Source: Flavobacteriales bacterium
GTDB lineage: Bacteria > Bacteroidota > Bacteroidia > Flavobacteriales_F > PHOS-HE28
Assembly: GCA_041391825.1 (NCBI GenBank)
Contig: JAWKNF010000001.1
Coordinates: forward strand, 10,116 to 74,115
Direction of reading: 5' to 3'
Length of the DNA stretch: 64,000 nt
The position numbers were made by a program, and so were the translations under genes. Each line of letters begins with the position of its first letter. Positions within the stretch are counted from its first letter, which is position 1. Shown in pieces: positions 29,136 through 39,475 of the stretch. The notes under the pieces were generated by a model, which did no database searches, was not told the DNA's origin, and saw nothing but the letters and a program-made list of their open reading frames with translations.

Positions 29136-29825
29136 ATGCGAGCGTTCATCACCATCATCAGCTTGGGCTTGGTCTTCACCCTTCATGCCCAGAACAATAT
29201 CGGCAACAACGGCGTGCGCCAACCAAGCACGCCATCCGGTGGAATGCAGATCGGTGTTCCGGTCGGTGAGTTCAATTCCACGTGGGGCAAGGGCTTGTTC
29301 GGCCTCTCCGCCAACATTGCATTCCCCATGCGCCGGATCCCGATCCATTTCGGATACGACTTCGGTTGGGCCCGCATGGGCGGCGAGACCATGTTGCCAG
29401 CCTCCAGCGGTGGGATATTCGGTGGCAACACCGGCACCAAGGTGGAAGTGAACAGCAACGTTTATGATCACTTGGGACTGCTCCGGCTGGACCCATCCAA
29501 GGGCAAGGTGCATCCGTATGGTGACTTCCTTATCGGGGTGCGCCATTTCTCCACCCGTTCGACCGCGTTTACCGCGGATGAGAGCACGGCATCGGAGAAG
29601 ACCAGCGATGTGGTGAGCAGCATGGGTTGGGCCGCAGGTGTCACAATGACCATCAGCAACAATTTCTTCGCTGACCTGCGTGTGGAACGCCTTTATACCG
29701 GTAGGGTGAGCTATGTCGACGTGTCGACCATCGAGATCGCGAGCGACGGTACGGTGACCTACGAAAAGCTCACGAGCAACGCCGATGTGATCAACTTCCA
29801 GCTCGGGGTCGGCTTCCGCTTCTGA
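29136..29825 (+). CDS. outer-membrane beta-barrel protein (OmpA-like/porin-family beta-barrel)
   Basis: Signal peptide, alternating amphipathic beta-strands, C-terminal …QLGVGFRF. Confidence 0.7.
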   Translation: MRAFITIISLGLVFTLHAQNNIGNNGVRQPSTPSGGMQIGVPVGEFNSTWGKGLFGLSANIAFPMRRIPIHFGYDFGWARMGGETMLPASSGGIFGGNTGTKVEVNSNVYDHLGLLRLDPSKGKVHPYGDFLIGVRHFSTRSTAFTADESTASEKTSDVVSSMGWAAGVTMTISNNFFADLRVERLYTGRVSYVDVSTIEIASDGTVTYEKLTSNADVINFQLGVGFRF

Positions 29826-29918
29826 GCCTAGGATGTGCCCGTTGGGCTGTTGGTAACCTTTGCGTAACGCCCGCCACGACACCCTTGGATCGGGGCCATT
29901 TGGCTGTAAACTTGCCCC

Positions 29919-31493
29919 ATGAACGGGGGACCTAACCCCTTGGGATCCACATTGGACGGGCAAAAACGCATCAATAGCGCCCTGTTATCCGTTTTCCACA
30001 AGGATGGGCTTGAGCCCATCGTTCGGGAACTGGACCGCTTGGGTGTGCACCTGTATTCGACCGGCGGGACACAGGCATTCATCGAAGGTCTCGGTGTTGC
30101 GGTGACGCCCGTGGAGGACCTCACCACCTATCCCAGCATCCTTGGCGGACGGGTGAAGACACTGCACCCGAAGGTGTTCGGCGGCATTCTGGGCAGGCGT
30201 GATCTGGAGACCGATGTGGCCCAATTGGAGGAATTCGACATCCCTCCCATCGACCTCGTCATCGTCGACCTGTATCCATTCGAAGCGACAGTGGCGGCCG
30301 GTGGCACCGAGGAAGCCATCATCGAAAAGATCGACATCGGTGGCATCAGCCTGATCCGCGCCGCTGCGAAGAACCACAAGGACGTGGTGATCGTTCCCGC
30401 GATGCAACAGTACCCCGAGCTGCTTCGGCTCCTCACTGAACAGAACGGTTCAACCACGCTTGCACAACGCAAGTCCTTCGCCGCTGCGGCATTCGCTGTG
30501 AGTTCGCAGTACGATAGCGCCATCTACAACTGGTTCGCTGGTGGTACCGGCGATCTGCGCTTGAGCGCCGGACCTACGCAGGTCCTTCGCTACGGGGAGA
30601 ATCCGCATCAAACGGGCCGCTTCCATGGCGACCTGAACGGACTGTTCGAGCAGCTGAACGGCAAGGAGCTCAGCTACAACAACCTATTGGACCTCGATGC
30701 AGCGCTGGAGCTCATCGACGACCTGGCCGCGATCGGTGCCGGTGGAACGGAAGTCCCCTTCGCCATCCTGAAGCACAACAATGCCTGCGGGGCCGCCATG
30801 AGGCCTACCGTAAAAGCTGCTTGGGATGCGGCCTTGGCCGGCGACCCGGTCAGCGCCTTCGGTGGGGTGCTCATCACAACAGCCACCATCGACAAAGCGA
30901 CCGCAGAGGCCATCGACTCGATCTTCTTCGAGATCATCTGTGCCGATTCCTATGACGCGGATGCGCTGGAGATCCTGCGGAAGAAGAAGAACCGCATCAT
31001 CTTGCGCCGGAAGGATGCGAAAAGGCCCACCACCAAGTTGCGAACGGCACTGAACGGGGTACTGAGCGAGGATGTCGACAGTGTGATCGCCAGCGCGAAC
31101 AGTTTGCGGACGGCGACCGAAAAGGCCCCGACCGCGCAGGAGGCGCAGGACCTCGTTTTCGCAACCGTCCTCGTGAAGCACACCAAGAGCAATGCCATCG
31201 TGCTGGCCAAGAACAGCCAATTGCTCGCAAGCGGCACCGGGCAGACCAGCCGCGTGGATGCCTTGGAACAAGCCATTGCCAAGGCCGAAAAATTCGAATT
31301 CGCATTGCAAGGGGCCGTGATGGCGAGCGATGCCTTCTTCCCCTTCCCGGATTGTGTGGAGATCGCGCACAAGGCCGGTATCACCGCGGTGGTGCACCCC
31401 GGTGGCAGTATCCGCGATCAGGACAGCATCGACTATTGTAACGCGCACGGCGTGGCCATGGCCATCACCGGCACACGACACTTCAAACATTGA
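29919..31493 (+). CDS. purH: bifunctional AICAR transformylase / IMP cyclohydrolase PurH
   Basis: MGS-like N-domain (…ALLSVFHKDGL…STGGT…) and AICARFT domain. 524 aa. Confidence 0.95.
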   Translation: MNGGPNPLGSTLDGQKRINSALLSVFHKDGLEPIVRELDRLGVHLYSTGGTQAFIEGLGVAVTPVEDLTTYPSILGGRVKTLHPKVFGGILGRRDLETDVAQLEEFDIPPIDLVIVDLYPFEATVAAGGTEEAIIEKIDIGGISLIRAAAKNHKDVVIVPAMQQYPELLRLLTEQNGSTTLAQRKSFAAAAFAVSSQYDSAIYNWFAGGTGDLRLSAGPTQVLRYGENPHQTGRFHGDLNGLFEQLNGKELSYNNLLDLDAALELIDDLAAIGAGGTEVPFAILKHNNACGAAMRPTVKAAWDAALAGDPVSAFGGVLITTATIDKATAEAIDSIFFEIICADSYDADALEILRKKKNRIILRRKDAKRPTTKLRTALNGVLSEDVDSVIASANSLRTATEKAPTAQEAQDLVFATVLVKHTKSNAIVLAKNSQLLASGTGQTSRVDALEQAIAKAEKFEFALQGAVMASDAFFPFPDCVEIAHKAGITAVVHPGGSIRDQDSIDYCNAHGVAMAITGTRHFKH

Positions 31494-31503
31494 CCACCGG
31501 TAA

Positions 31504-32528
31504 ATGAGCTGGTTCAACTTCTTCACCCAAGAGATCGCGATCGACCTCGGTACCGCGAACACACTGATCATCCACAACGACAAGGTCGTGGTGGACGAAC
31601 CGAGCATCGTGGCCATCGACCGCACCACGGGCAAGGTCATCGCCGTGGGCAGGCAGGCCCAGCAGATGCACGGCAAGACACATCGAGAACATCAAGACCA
31701 TCCGCCCACTGCGCGACGGCGTGATCGCCGATTTCAAGGCGGCCGAGGAATGATCAAGGGCATGATCCGCATGATCAAACCCGGACGTCAGCTCTTCACC
31801 CCGAACCTGCGCATGGCGATCTGCATCCCCAGCGGCATCACCGAAGTGGAGAAGCGCGCGGTAAAGGACAGCAGCGAACACGCCGGTGCCAAGGAAGTGT
31901 ACCTCATCCACGAGCCCATGGCCGCTGCCATCGGTATCGGCATCGATGTGGAGGAGCCCATGGGCAACATGATCATCGACATCGGAGGTGGTACCAGCGG
32001 ATCGTGGTGATCGCGCTGGGCGGTATCGTGTGCGACAAGAACATCCGGGTGGCCGGTGACGAGTTCACCAACGACATTGAGGAATACATGCGCCGCCAGC
32101 ACAACATCCTGGTGGGTGAACGCACCGCGGAGACGATCAAGATCGAGGTCGGCGCGGCCATGACCGAACTGGACAATCCACCGCCGGATTATGCGGTGCG
32201 CGGCCGTGACCTCATGACCGGTATCCCGAAGGAGATCACTGTGACCTATGTCGAGATCGCACAGGCGCTCGACAAGAGCATCAGCAAGATCGAGGAGGCC
32301 ATCCTGAGCGCGCTGGAGGCCACGCCGCCCGAGCTCAGCGCGGACATCTACAAGACCGGGATCTATTTGGCGGGCGGCGGTGCGCTGCTGCGCGGCCTGG
32401 ACAAACGGATCAGTATCAAGACCAAACTGCCGGTGCACGTGAGCGAGGATCCCCTGCGCGCCGTGGCCCGCGGTACCGGCATCGCATTGAAGAACATCGA
32501 TCGATTCCAGTTCTTGATGCGGGAATAG
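31504..32528 (+). pseudogene. mreB: rod-shape protein MreB, disrupted by three +/-1 indels (~31686, ~31750, ~32000)
   Basis: Near-perfect MreB sequence is recovered only by switching frames: …HGKTH|ENIKTIRPLRDGVIADFKAAEE|MIKGMI… and …DIGGGTS|EIVVIALGGIVCDK…. The single-frame ORFs are 31504-32010 and 32004-32528. Confidence 0.75.
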
Positions 32529-32584
32529 GGCGTGAAGAACACGCTCTGGGACCCGTATCACCCCGACCGGTGATGTGACAGAAC

Positions 32585-33412
32585 ATGAGGGACCTCTTTC
32601 GCTTCCTGTACCGGATCCGGGTAACGCTGATGTTCCTCGGGCTCCTTCTGGTGTCCTTCACGCTCTTGTACAGCGGCAACACCCACCATCGCTCGCAGGC
32701 CATCAGTTCAAGCAATGCCTTGGTGGGCACCGTTTATTCCTGGCGGAAGGAGGTCACCGACTACGCGAACCTGAAAGCCGTTAACCGCCAACTCGCGGCC
32801 GAGAACGCGGCTTGGCGGAACCGGCACGTGAGCAGTTACGCGACCAAAGAGGCACGTATCGCTTTCATCGCGGATAGCATCAGGCAGCAGGAATACCGCG
32901 CGGTTGCCGCCAAGGTGGTGAACAGCACCTGGCACAAGCCCAAGAACTACCTCACTTTGGACAAAGGCACCATGGCCGGTATTCACGCCGATCGTGGTGT
33001 GATCGGCACCCATGGCATCGTTGGGGTGGTGAATGCGGTAAGCCCGAATTTCGCTTCGGTCATCAGCGTGCTCAACCCCGACATCAAGCACAGCGTACAG
33101 TTGCGACGCTCGGGCCATTTCGGGCTCTTGTTCTGGGATACCAACGACCCACTGACCTGTTCATGATCGACATACCGAAGCATGCTCGTGTGGCCGAAGG
33201 TGATACCGTGGAGACACGTGGGCGCGACGATCTTCCCGGCCGGCATCCCCGTTGGCGTGGTGCTCTCGGTGGAGGATGAGCCCGGCAGCAACTACCACGG
33301 CATCACGATCCGCTTGATCGAGGACATGACCCGAGCGGGCTTCGTGTACGTTGTGGAAGACCTCATGCGCTACGAACGCGACTCCTTGCAACAAGCCAGT
33401 CAACGGCCATGA
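32585..33412 (+). pseudogene. mreC: rod-shape protein MreC, disrupted by a compensating indel pair (~33150 and ~33215)
   Basis: Conserved …DIPKHARVAEGDTVET… is in a different frame from the flanking …LLFWDTNDP… and …IFPAGIPVGVV… segments. Confidence 0.7.
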
Positions 33413-33929
33413 TCGTTACGGTACTCGCGAACCTCCAACGTTTCATCCTGCTCGTTCTGCTGCAGGTGCTGGTGCTGGATCATCTCGATGTCGCCAACGG
33501 GTTCATGGTGCCGTACCTCTACGTCCTGTTCCTGCTCATGCTTCCGATCGAGCTTCCGGCGTGGGCGCACTGGTGTTGGGCGCCTTCACCGGGCTGGTGA
33601 TGGACTACTTCAGCAGTACGCCCGGCATGCACATGAGCGCATGCGTGGTGCTCATGTTCGGTCGCATCCATCTGTTGCGGCTCTTGCCCTCGTGCAAGCT
33701 ACGAGTTCGGTATGCGCCCCACCTTGCCACGTATGGGCATCGCGTGGTATCTCACCTACACCGGATTGCTGTTGCTCCTGCACCACCTTTGGCTCTTCTT
33801 CGTGGAGGTGCACCGCTTCGACAGCTTCTTCTCCACCTTTTCCGTGCGACCCTGAGCGCGGTGTTCACCTTCGCCTTGTGCCTCTTGGCACAATTCCTCA
33901 CCTCCGACCCGGAACGCAGCCGACGATGA
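33409..33929 (+). pseudogene. mreD: rod-shape protein MreD, disrupted by about three indels
   Basis: MreD-like segments (MIVTVLANLQRFILLVLLQVLVL…YLYVLFLLMLPIELP / LVLGAFTGLVMDYFSSTPGMH / YEFGMRPTLPRMGIAWYLTYTGLLLL / ATLSAVFTFALCLLAQFL) lie in three different frames. Confidence 0.65.
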
Positions 33930-35776
33930 ATTACGAGTCCCGGAAATACGTGCTGATCGCGGGGGTGCTCTTCATCAGCACCGTATTCCTGCTTCGTCTG
34001 TTCTGGATACAGGTCGTTGATGATAAATGGAAGGCCGAAGCGGCGAACATGGCCGAACGAAAGGTCACGGTATACCCCAGCCGTGGACTGATCTACGACC
34101 GGAACGAGAGATTGCTCGTAGCGAACACACCGGTGTACGACCTGATGGTGGTGCCGCGGGAGACCGAAGCCTTCGACACCGCAGCGTTCAGCCGATTGAT
34201 CGGCGTTCCCCAAGCGGACCTGGCTGAGCGAATGGTCGCCGCTGCAGCCTACTCCAAGTACAAGCCCAGCGTGATCGAAAAGCAGATCCCGGCCGACCAG
34301 TTCGCCGCGATCAGTGTTCACCTGCACAAGTATCCCGGTTTCTACGGCCAATCCAGGACCTTGCGCACTTACCCACCCCATGCAGCGGCCCACCTGTTGG
34401 GATATTTGAGCGAGGTCAATGCTGCCAAGGTGGAACAGGACCCCTACTACAAGTCGGGGGACGTGATCGGTGTCGGAGGCCTCGAATCGTACTACGAGAA
34501 GGAAATGCGCGGACGACGTGGGGTGAGCTACGTGCTGGTCGACGTGCATAACAACCAGAAGGGGCCTTACAAGGAAGGCCGTTACGATACGCTGGCCGTG
34601 GAAGGCAAGGACCTTTTCACCGGCATCGATATCGACATGCAGTTGCTGGGCGAAAAGCTCATGGTGAACAAAAAAGGTAGCATCGTCGCCCTTGACCCGC
34701 GGACAGGGGAGGTCCTCTGCTTGGTATCCAGCCCCACCTACGACCCTGAATTGCTTGTCGGACGGGTCCGTAACGTGAATTATGGCGTGCTCCAGCGCGA
34801 CCCGATCAAGCCACTTTTCGACCGTGCACTTCAAGCCCAATACCCGCCGGGTTCGATCTTCAAGATCGTGCAATCCTTGATCGCTTTGGACGAGGGCGTG
34901 ATCACGGTGAACACCGGGTTCCCTTGCAGCAAGAACCTCGTGGGTTGCCACAACCACCCCAACGCCGGCACCATCGAGCAGGCGATACAGATGTCCTGCA
35001 ATCCATACTTCTACATGGTGTTCAAGCGCATGATCGAGCAGGGTAAGGACCCCAACCGGTTCAAGGATGCCTCCCTGGGCCTCTCCGCTTGGCACAAGTA
35101 CATCCTGACCTACGGACTGGGTGTCCGCCCCGCCATCGACCTGCCTTCAGCAAAGGGCGGCAACATGCCCGATGTGGCATACTACGACAGGAAGTACGGA
35201 AAGGAAGGGTGGGCGTTCAGCACGATCTACAGCGTGAGCATCGGTCAAGGAGAGGTCCTGGTAGCACCCCTGCAAATGGCCAACCTTGCGGCGATCTTCG
35301 CCAACAAGGGCTGGTACTACGACCCGCACGTGGTTAGGGCGGTGGGCCATCCGGACAGCCTGCAGGAGAAATACCTCAACAAGCATTACACGGCCGTGGA
35401 CCCCAAATGGTACGACCCGATACAGGAAGGCATGCGCCGCGTGGTGAACGAGGCCGGCGGAACAGCCCGCTTGGCCCGTATTCCAGGGATCACCGTGTGC
35501 GGCAAGACCGGTACGGCGGAGAATCCGCATGGGCAGGACCATGCGGTATTCATCTGCTTCGCACCGATGGAGGATCCCAAGATCGCAATGGCCGTGTATG
35601 TGGAGAATAGTGGCTTCGGCGGGACCTGGGCTGCGCCGATCGCCAGCCTGTTGATCGAGCAATACCTGACCGATAGTATCTCACGCCCGGAACTGGTGAA
35701 GCGCATGGTGGAGGCGGACCTGATCGCCAAGGAAGCCACCTATGTGAAGAAACCCAAGAAACCCAGACGGAGATGA
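33926..35776 (+). CDS. mrdA: penicillin-binding protein 2 (elongasome transpeptidase)
   Basis: Intact ~616-aa ORF with PBP dimerisation and transpeptidase motifs (…SIFK…, …KTGTAE…). ATGA overlaps with mreD and rodA. Confidence 0.92.
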   Translation: MNYESRKYVLIAGVLFISTVFLLRLFWIQVVDDKWKAEAANMAERKVTVYPSRGLIYDRNERLLVANTPVYDLMVVPRETEAFDTAAFSRLIGVPQADLAERMVAAAAYSKYKPSVIEKQIPADQFAAISVHLHKYPGFYGQSRTLRTYPPHAAAHLLGYLSEVNAAKVEQDPYYKSGDVIGVGGLESYYEKEMRGRRGVSYVLVDVHNNQKGPYKEGRYDTLAVEGKDLFTGIDIDMQLLGEKLMVNKKGSIVALDPRTGEVLCLVSSPTYDPELLVGRVRNVNYGVLQRDPIKPLFDRALQAQYPPGSIFKIVQSLIALDEGVITVNTGFPCSKNLVGCHNHPNAGTIEQAIQMSCNPYFYMVFKRMIEQGKDPNRFKDASLGLSAWHKYILTYGLGVRPAIDLPSAKGGNMPDVAYYDRKYGKEGWAFSTIYSVSIGQGEVLVAPLQMANLAAIFANKGWYYDPHVVRAVGHPDSLQEKYLNKHYTAVDPKWYDPIQEGMRRVVNEAGGTARLARIPGITVCGKTGTAENPHGQDHAVFICFAPMEDPKIAMAVYVENSGFGGTWAAPIASLLIEQYLTDSISRPELVKRMVEADLIAKEATYVKKPKKPRRR

Positions 35777-37095
35777 GCGGACGGGAGAACGTGGCCGCCA
35801 ATTTCGACCGGCCGATCCTCATCATGTACCTCCTGCTCATGTTCATGGGCTGGGCCAACATCTATTCCGCCGCCTATGATCCGGAGCACCTGAGCATCTT
35901 CGATCAGGACAAGGAATACGGCAAGCAATCGGTGTGGATGTGCATCAGCTTGCTGCTCGGAGCCAGTATGCTCCTGATCCGTGGCGACCTGATCCGGAAC
36001 TCGGCCTACTCGGCCTATGGCTTCGTACTGCTGCTTCTGATCGCTGTGCTGTTGTTCGGCAAGGAGGTGAACGGTGCAAAGGCCTGGTTCGCGATCGGCG
36101 GGTTCGGCATACAACCGGCCGAGTTCGCCAAATTCGCTACGTCACTTGCGCTTTCACGTTACCTCAGTGGTCTGAAGGCCTTGGTGGACATCCGATCGCG
36201 TGTGATCAACACGGTGATCATCCTTGCACCAGTGGCCCTGATCATGTTACAGCCCGACACCGGCACCGCACTCGTGTCCGGGGCCTTCATCCTGGTGCTT
36301 TACCGCGAAGGACTTTCCGGCAACGTGCTGCTCTTGGGTATCCTGGCGGCCGTGCTGTCCGTGCTTTCGCTGATCCTGAAGGAATCCTCGTTCGACCTGC
36401 CTTTCACCGATGCTGTTTTGAGCGGACAGTACTTCTTGATGATCCTGATCGCCGTGTTCGCGATCCTCGCCTGGTTCGTGGTGCGCAATCTCGTGCTGAA
36501 ACGACTTCGTCGACGCCTGCAGGGCTACATCATCCTTGGCCTCTTGGCCTCCGCCGTGTTCATCGGTAGCGTGGATTACGCTTTCGAGAACGTGTTGGCC
36601 AGTCACCAAAGCGATCGTATCCTGGTGATGCTGGGCCAAATGGAGGACCCACAAGGCCTGGGCTACAACGTGAAGCAGAGCCAGACCGCGATCGGCAGTG
36701 GAGGTTTCGCAGGCAAAGGGTACTTGGAAGGGACCCTCACCAAATTCAAGTACGTGCCCATGCAGAGCACCGATTTCATCTTCTGTACCGTCGGGGAGGA
36801 ATGGGGCTTCGTGGGAACGGCCTTCGTGGTCATCCTCTTCACAGCGCTGATCCTGCGCATCATCCAGATCAGTGATCGCCAGCGTTCGCGTTTTACACGG
36901 ATCTATGCGTATTGCGTAGCCAGCATCTTCTTCCTGCACCTGATGATCAATGTTGGCATGACCATCGGCCTGGCACCAGTGATCGGCATTCCCCTACCCT
37001 TCTTCAGCTACGGAGGAAGCAGCATGATCTCGTTCACCATCCTGTTGGGCATTCTTGTGCGGCTGGATGCGGAACGTTTGAGCAACCTCCGGTAG
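35773..37095 (+). CDS. rodA: rod shape-determining protein RodA (SEDS family)
   Basis: Intact 440-aa polytopic membrane ORF with FtsW/RodA/SpoVE signature (…IGSGGFAGKGYLEGT…PEQ.TDFIF…). Confidence 0.92.
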   Translation: MSGRENVAANFDRPILIMYLLLMFMGWANIYSAAYDPEHLSIFDQDKEYGKQSVWMCISLLLGASMLLIRGDLIRNSAYSAYGFVLLLLIAVLLFGKEVNGAKAWFAIGGFGIQPAEFAKFATSLALSRYLSGLKALVDIRSRVINTVIILAPVALIMLQPDTGTALVSGAFILVLYREGLSGNVLLLGILAAVLSVLSLILKESSFDLPFTDAVLSGQYFLMILIAVFAILAWFVVRNLVLKRLRRRLQGYIILGLLASAVFIGSVDYAFENVLASHQSDRILVMLGQMEDPQGLGYNVKQSQTAIGSGGFAGKGYLEGTLTKFKYVPMQSTDFIFCTVGEEWGFVGTAFVVILFTALILRIIQISDRQRSRFTRIYAYCVASIFFLHLMINVGMTIGLAPVIGIPLPFFSYGGSSMISFTILLGILVRLDAERLSNLR

Positions 37096-37146
37096 TTCGA
37101 TCGACCGGCGCTCGCACCATCGCGATCCCCGCTGGACCCACCTTTG

Positions 37147-37173
37147 GGTCAGGGATCCAGATCCCTGACCTTT
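37147..37173 (+). terminator. rho-independent terminator after rodA (10-bp perfect stem plus TTT)
   Basis: GGTCAGGGAT-ccag-ATCCCTGACC followed by ttt. Confidence 0.6.
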
Positions 37174-37174
37174 A

Positions 37175-37213
37175 GAACGCAGAACGCCGGGCAATGCCCG
37201 GCGTTCTGCGTTC
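37175..37213. terminator. second, 18-bp perfect inverted repeat between convergent rodA and ppiD (bidirectional terminator candidate)
   Basis: GAACGCAGAACGCCGGGC-aat-GCCCGGCGTTCTGCGTTC. Confidence 0.5.
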
Positions 37214-37229
37214 GATACATTCGTCGTTC

Positions 37230-39313
37230 TCAGTAGAACTTGCTGCGGTTGTCGGTCACACCAACAGCTTCCTTCATGGCGTTGAACAGGCCACCATCCA
37301 CGCGGGACTGCGCACGTTGCACCAGGCTCGCTTTGTCCACGTTCAGATCCTCCGGCTCAGGTGCGGCCGTCTTCGAACTCATGCTCACCACGTATACTGC
37401 GGTCTCGCCTGCCATGGGCACACTGGTCTGGCCGGCCTCAAGAGCGAAGATCTTTCCGATCACGCCGTACTCGCTGTAGCCACCTGGCAGGCTGAAACTG
37501 TTGTAGGTGAATTCAGAAGCGTTCTGCTGCGAAAGGCCCATCTCAGCGGCCAAGGCATTCAGGTCGGTCTTGCCCTGCATCTTGGCGGTCCAGGCTTCGG
37601 CCTTCTTCTCCTTCACTACTTCCTTGGTGAAGATCTCGCGCACATCCTCCAAGGCAGGCACGCCCTCCTCACGGATGCCGGTGAGGATCCCGACCACATA
37701 GCTATCGCCGCTCTGGATCGGCTCGCTCACCGCTCCGATCTCGGCACGGTTCGCCCAAGTGATGGTGCTGTTCGCGTCCTGCAGGCCGGGTACATAGCGC
37801 ATGTCGCTCCGCAACTCATCCACCGGAGTCACCTGCAGACCCTGCTCCTCGGCGGCCTTCTTGAAGGTCTCGAGGTCGGTGTTGCGCAAGCTGAAGTCGT
37901 TGGCCTTCTTGTAAACCTCCTTGAAGGTGGCCGGTGAGGGTGCCATGGCACGCTCCAAGCTGGCCACACGACGCTCCTGGCGGGTACGCTGTCCCAGCAC
38001 CTCCACGATGTGGAATCCATAGTCCGTTTTCGCAATGGTGATGGCACCGACCTTTTCGTCGAAGCTGGCTGCGGTGAACTCGGGGACCATCTGCTTCTTG
38101 TCGAACCAGTCGCATAGACACCACCTTTTTCCTTGGTGTTGCTACCCGGGTCCTCGCTGAACTTCACCACCAGGTCCTCGAACTTGCTACGATCCCGCTT
38201 CACAACGGTGAGGAGGCTGTCCGCGAGCTTCTTTTGCACGTCCTCTCCTTTGTCCTTCTGGGTGCTCAACAGTATGTGGCGCACACGCGCTTCAGGCACA
38301 TCGGCCAGCTCGATCACCTTCACCAGCTTCCATTGCTCGCCTTCTTGGAACGGACCTACTACCGTACCGGGCGCTGCATTCACGATCAACGAATCGTTCA
38401 GCTTGTCCGCGGTTCCTTCCGTGTATGGTTGGATGTTGTATGTACGTGACTCGCTGTTGACCACCACGAAGGTGCTGTCGTTCTCTGCGCTGATGAACCT
38501 GTCGCGCAGGTCCTGGAGCTCTTCTTGTGCCATTTGGCGATCCGCGGCCGATGCGGTGACCGGGAAGAGCACGTATTCGAACTTCCGCGAAGCTTGTTGC
38601 TTGTATTTACGGTCGTTCTTGTGTTGCGCATAGTAGCGCTCCAATTCCTTCTCCTCCACCACGAACAAGCTGTCCGGCTCGCTATCGAAGCGCTTGGCCA
38701 CGAAGTTGAAGCTGGACTTGGTGTTCTTGGCGAGGTAGTCATCCTTGGCCTGTGTGCTGTTCACGTACACGCTCTTCTTCACCAGGTTGGTGTACTTGGT
38801 GTACAGGCGGTTCTGCATGATCCGACGCTTCTGGATCTCGTGGTACACGGGTGCATTCTCCAACACACTGTTGAAGTACTGCTGCAGTTTGGCGGGGCTG
38901 GCTTGGCCGTTCTCCTGGAAGTTCGGTTGGTTCTTGAATTCGGGCAGGATGTTGTTACCGAAACGGATATCATCGTATTCGGCCTTGTTCAGGGTGAACC
39001 CGGCGTCCTCGACCTGGCCCATCATCACCTTCTCCTTCACCATTTCCTGCCATACGCTATTGCGCACCTGTTCGGTCATCTGGGCGTTCACCTGTTGACC
39101 GAAGTCGTTGCGGTAGCTCTCGATCTCGTCGCTCACCCGGCTCTCGAATTCGACACCGTTGATCTCCTCACCACCAACGGTCCCGAGCACTTGGCTCTGA
39201 CGACCACCGCCGCTGCTGGAGATGAACTCACCGAGGATGAACAACACCAATGCACCACCGACCAGTACCAACAAGAGGCCACTGCGCTCGCGGATCTTTC
39301 CAATAACAGCCAT
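37230..39313 (-). pseudogene. periplasmic chaperone PpiD/SurA-like peptidyl-prolyl isomerase, one frameshift near 38100
   Basis: N-terminal TM anchor (MAVIGKIRERSGLLLVLVGGALVLFILGEF), large chaperone domain, and a C-terminal parvulin-type PPIase domain (…FDEKVGAITIAKTDYGFHIVEVL…) that is in another frame. Junction …GGVY|DWFDKKQMVPEFTAASF…. Confidence 0.7.
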
Positions 39314-39333
39314 TTTTCCTTTGAATAGGGGTG

Positions 39334-39341
39334 CAAATATA
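39334..39341 (-). promoter_or_regulatory. -7 promoter motif (TATATTTG on the minus strand) upstream of the ppiD-like gene
   Basis: Reverse complement of caaatata, 21 bp upstream of the start codon. Confidence 0.35.
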
Positions 39342-39475
39342 GGGGGATGCAGGGATCGCGCAGGGGGACCGACAAACTCCTGCTTTTCAGGCGATTGGAA
39401 AGCCTTCGTTGGAGCTTCGTATTTGTGCTGGGCAAAGGATCGTCCACCCACTCCGAGCACCTACCTAGGCCGACA

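Noticed and set aside
29826-29918. Possible ZTP (pfl) riboswitch upstream of purH
   Set aside because: The only ZTP-like string (GGGTGTCGTGGCGGGCG) is on the opposite strand relative to purH. The pseudoknot partner sequence is absent, so this is coincidental similarity.
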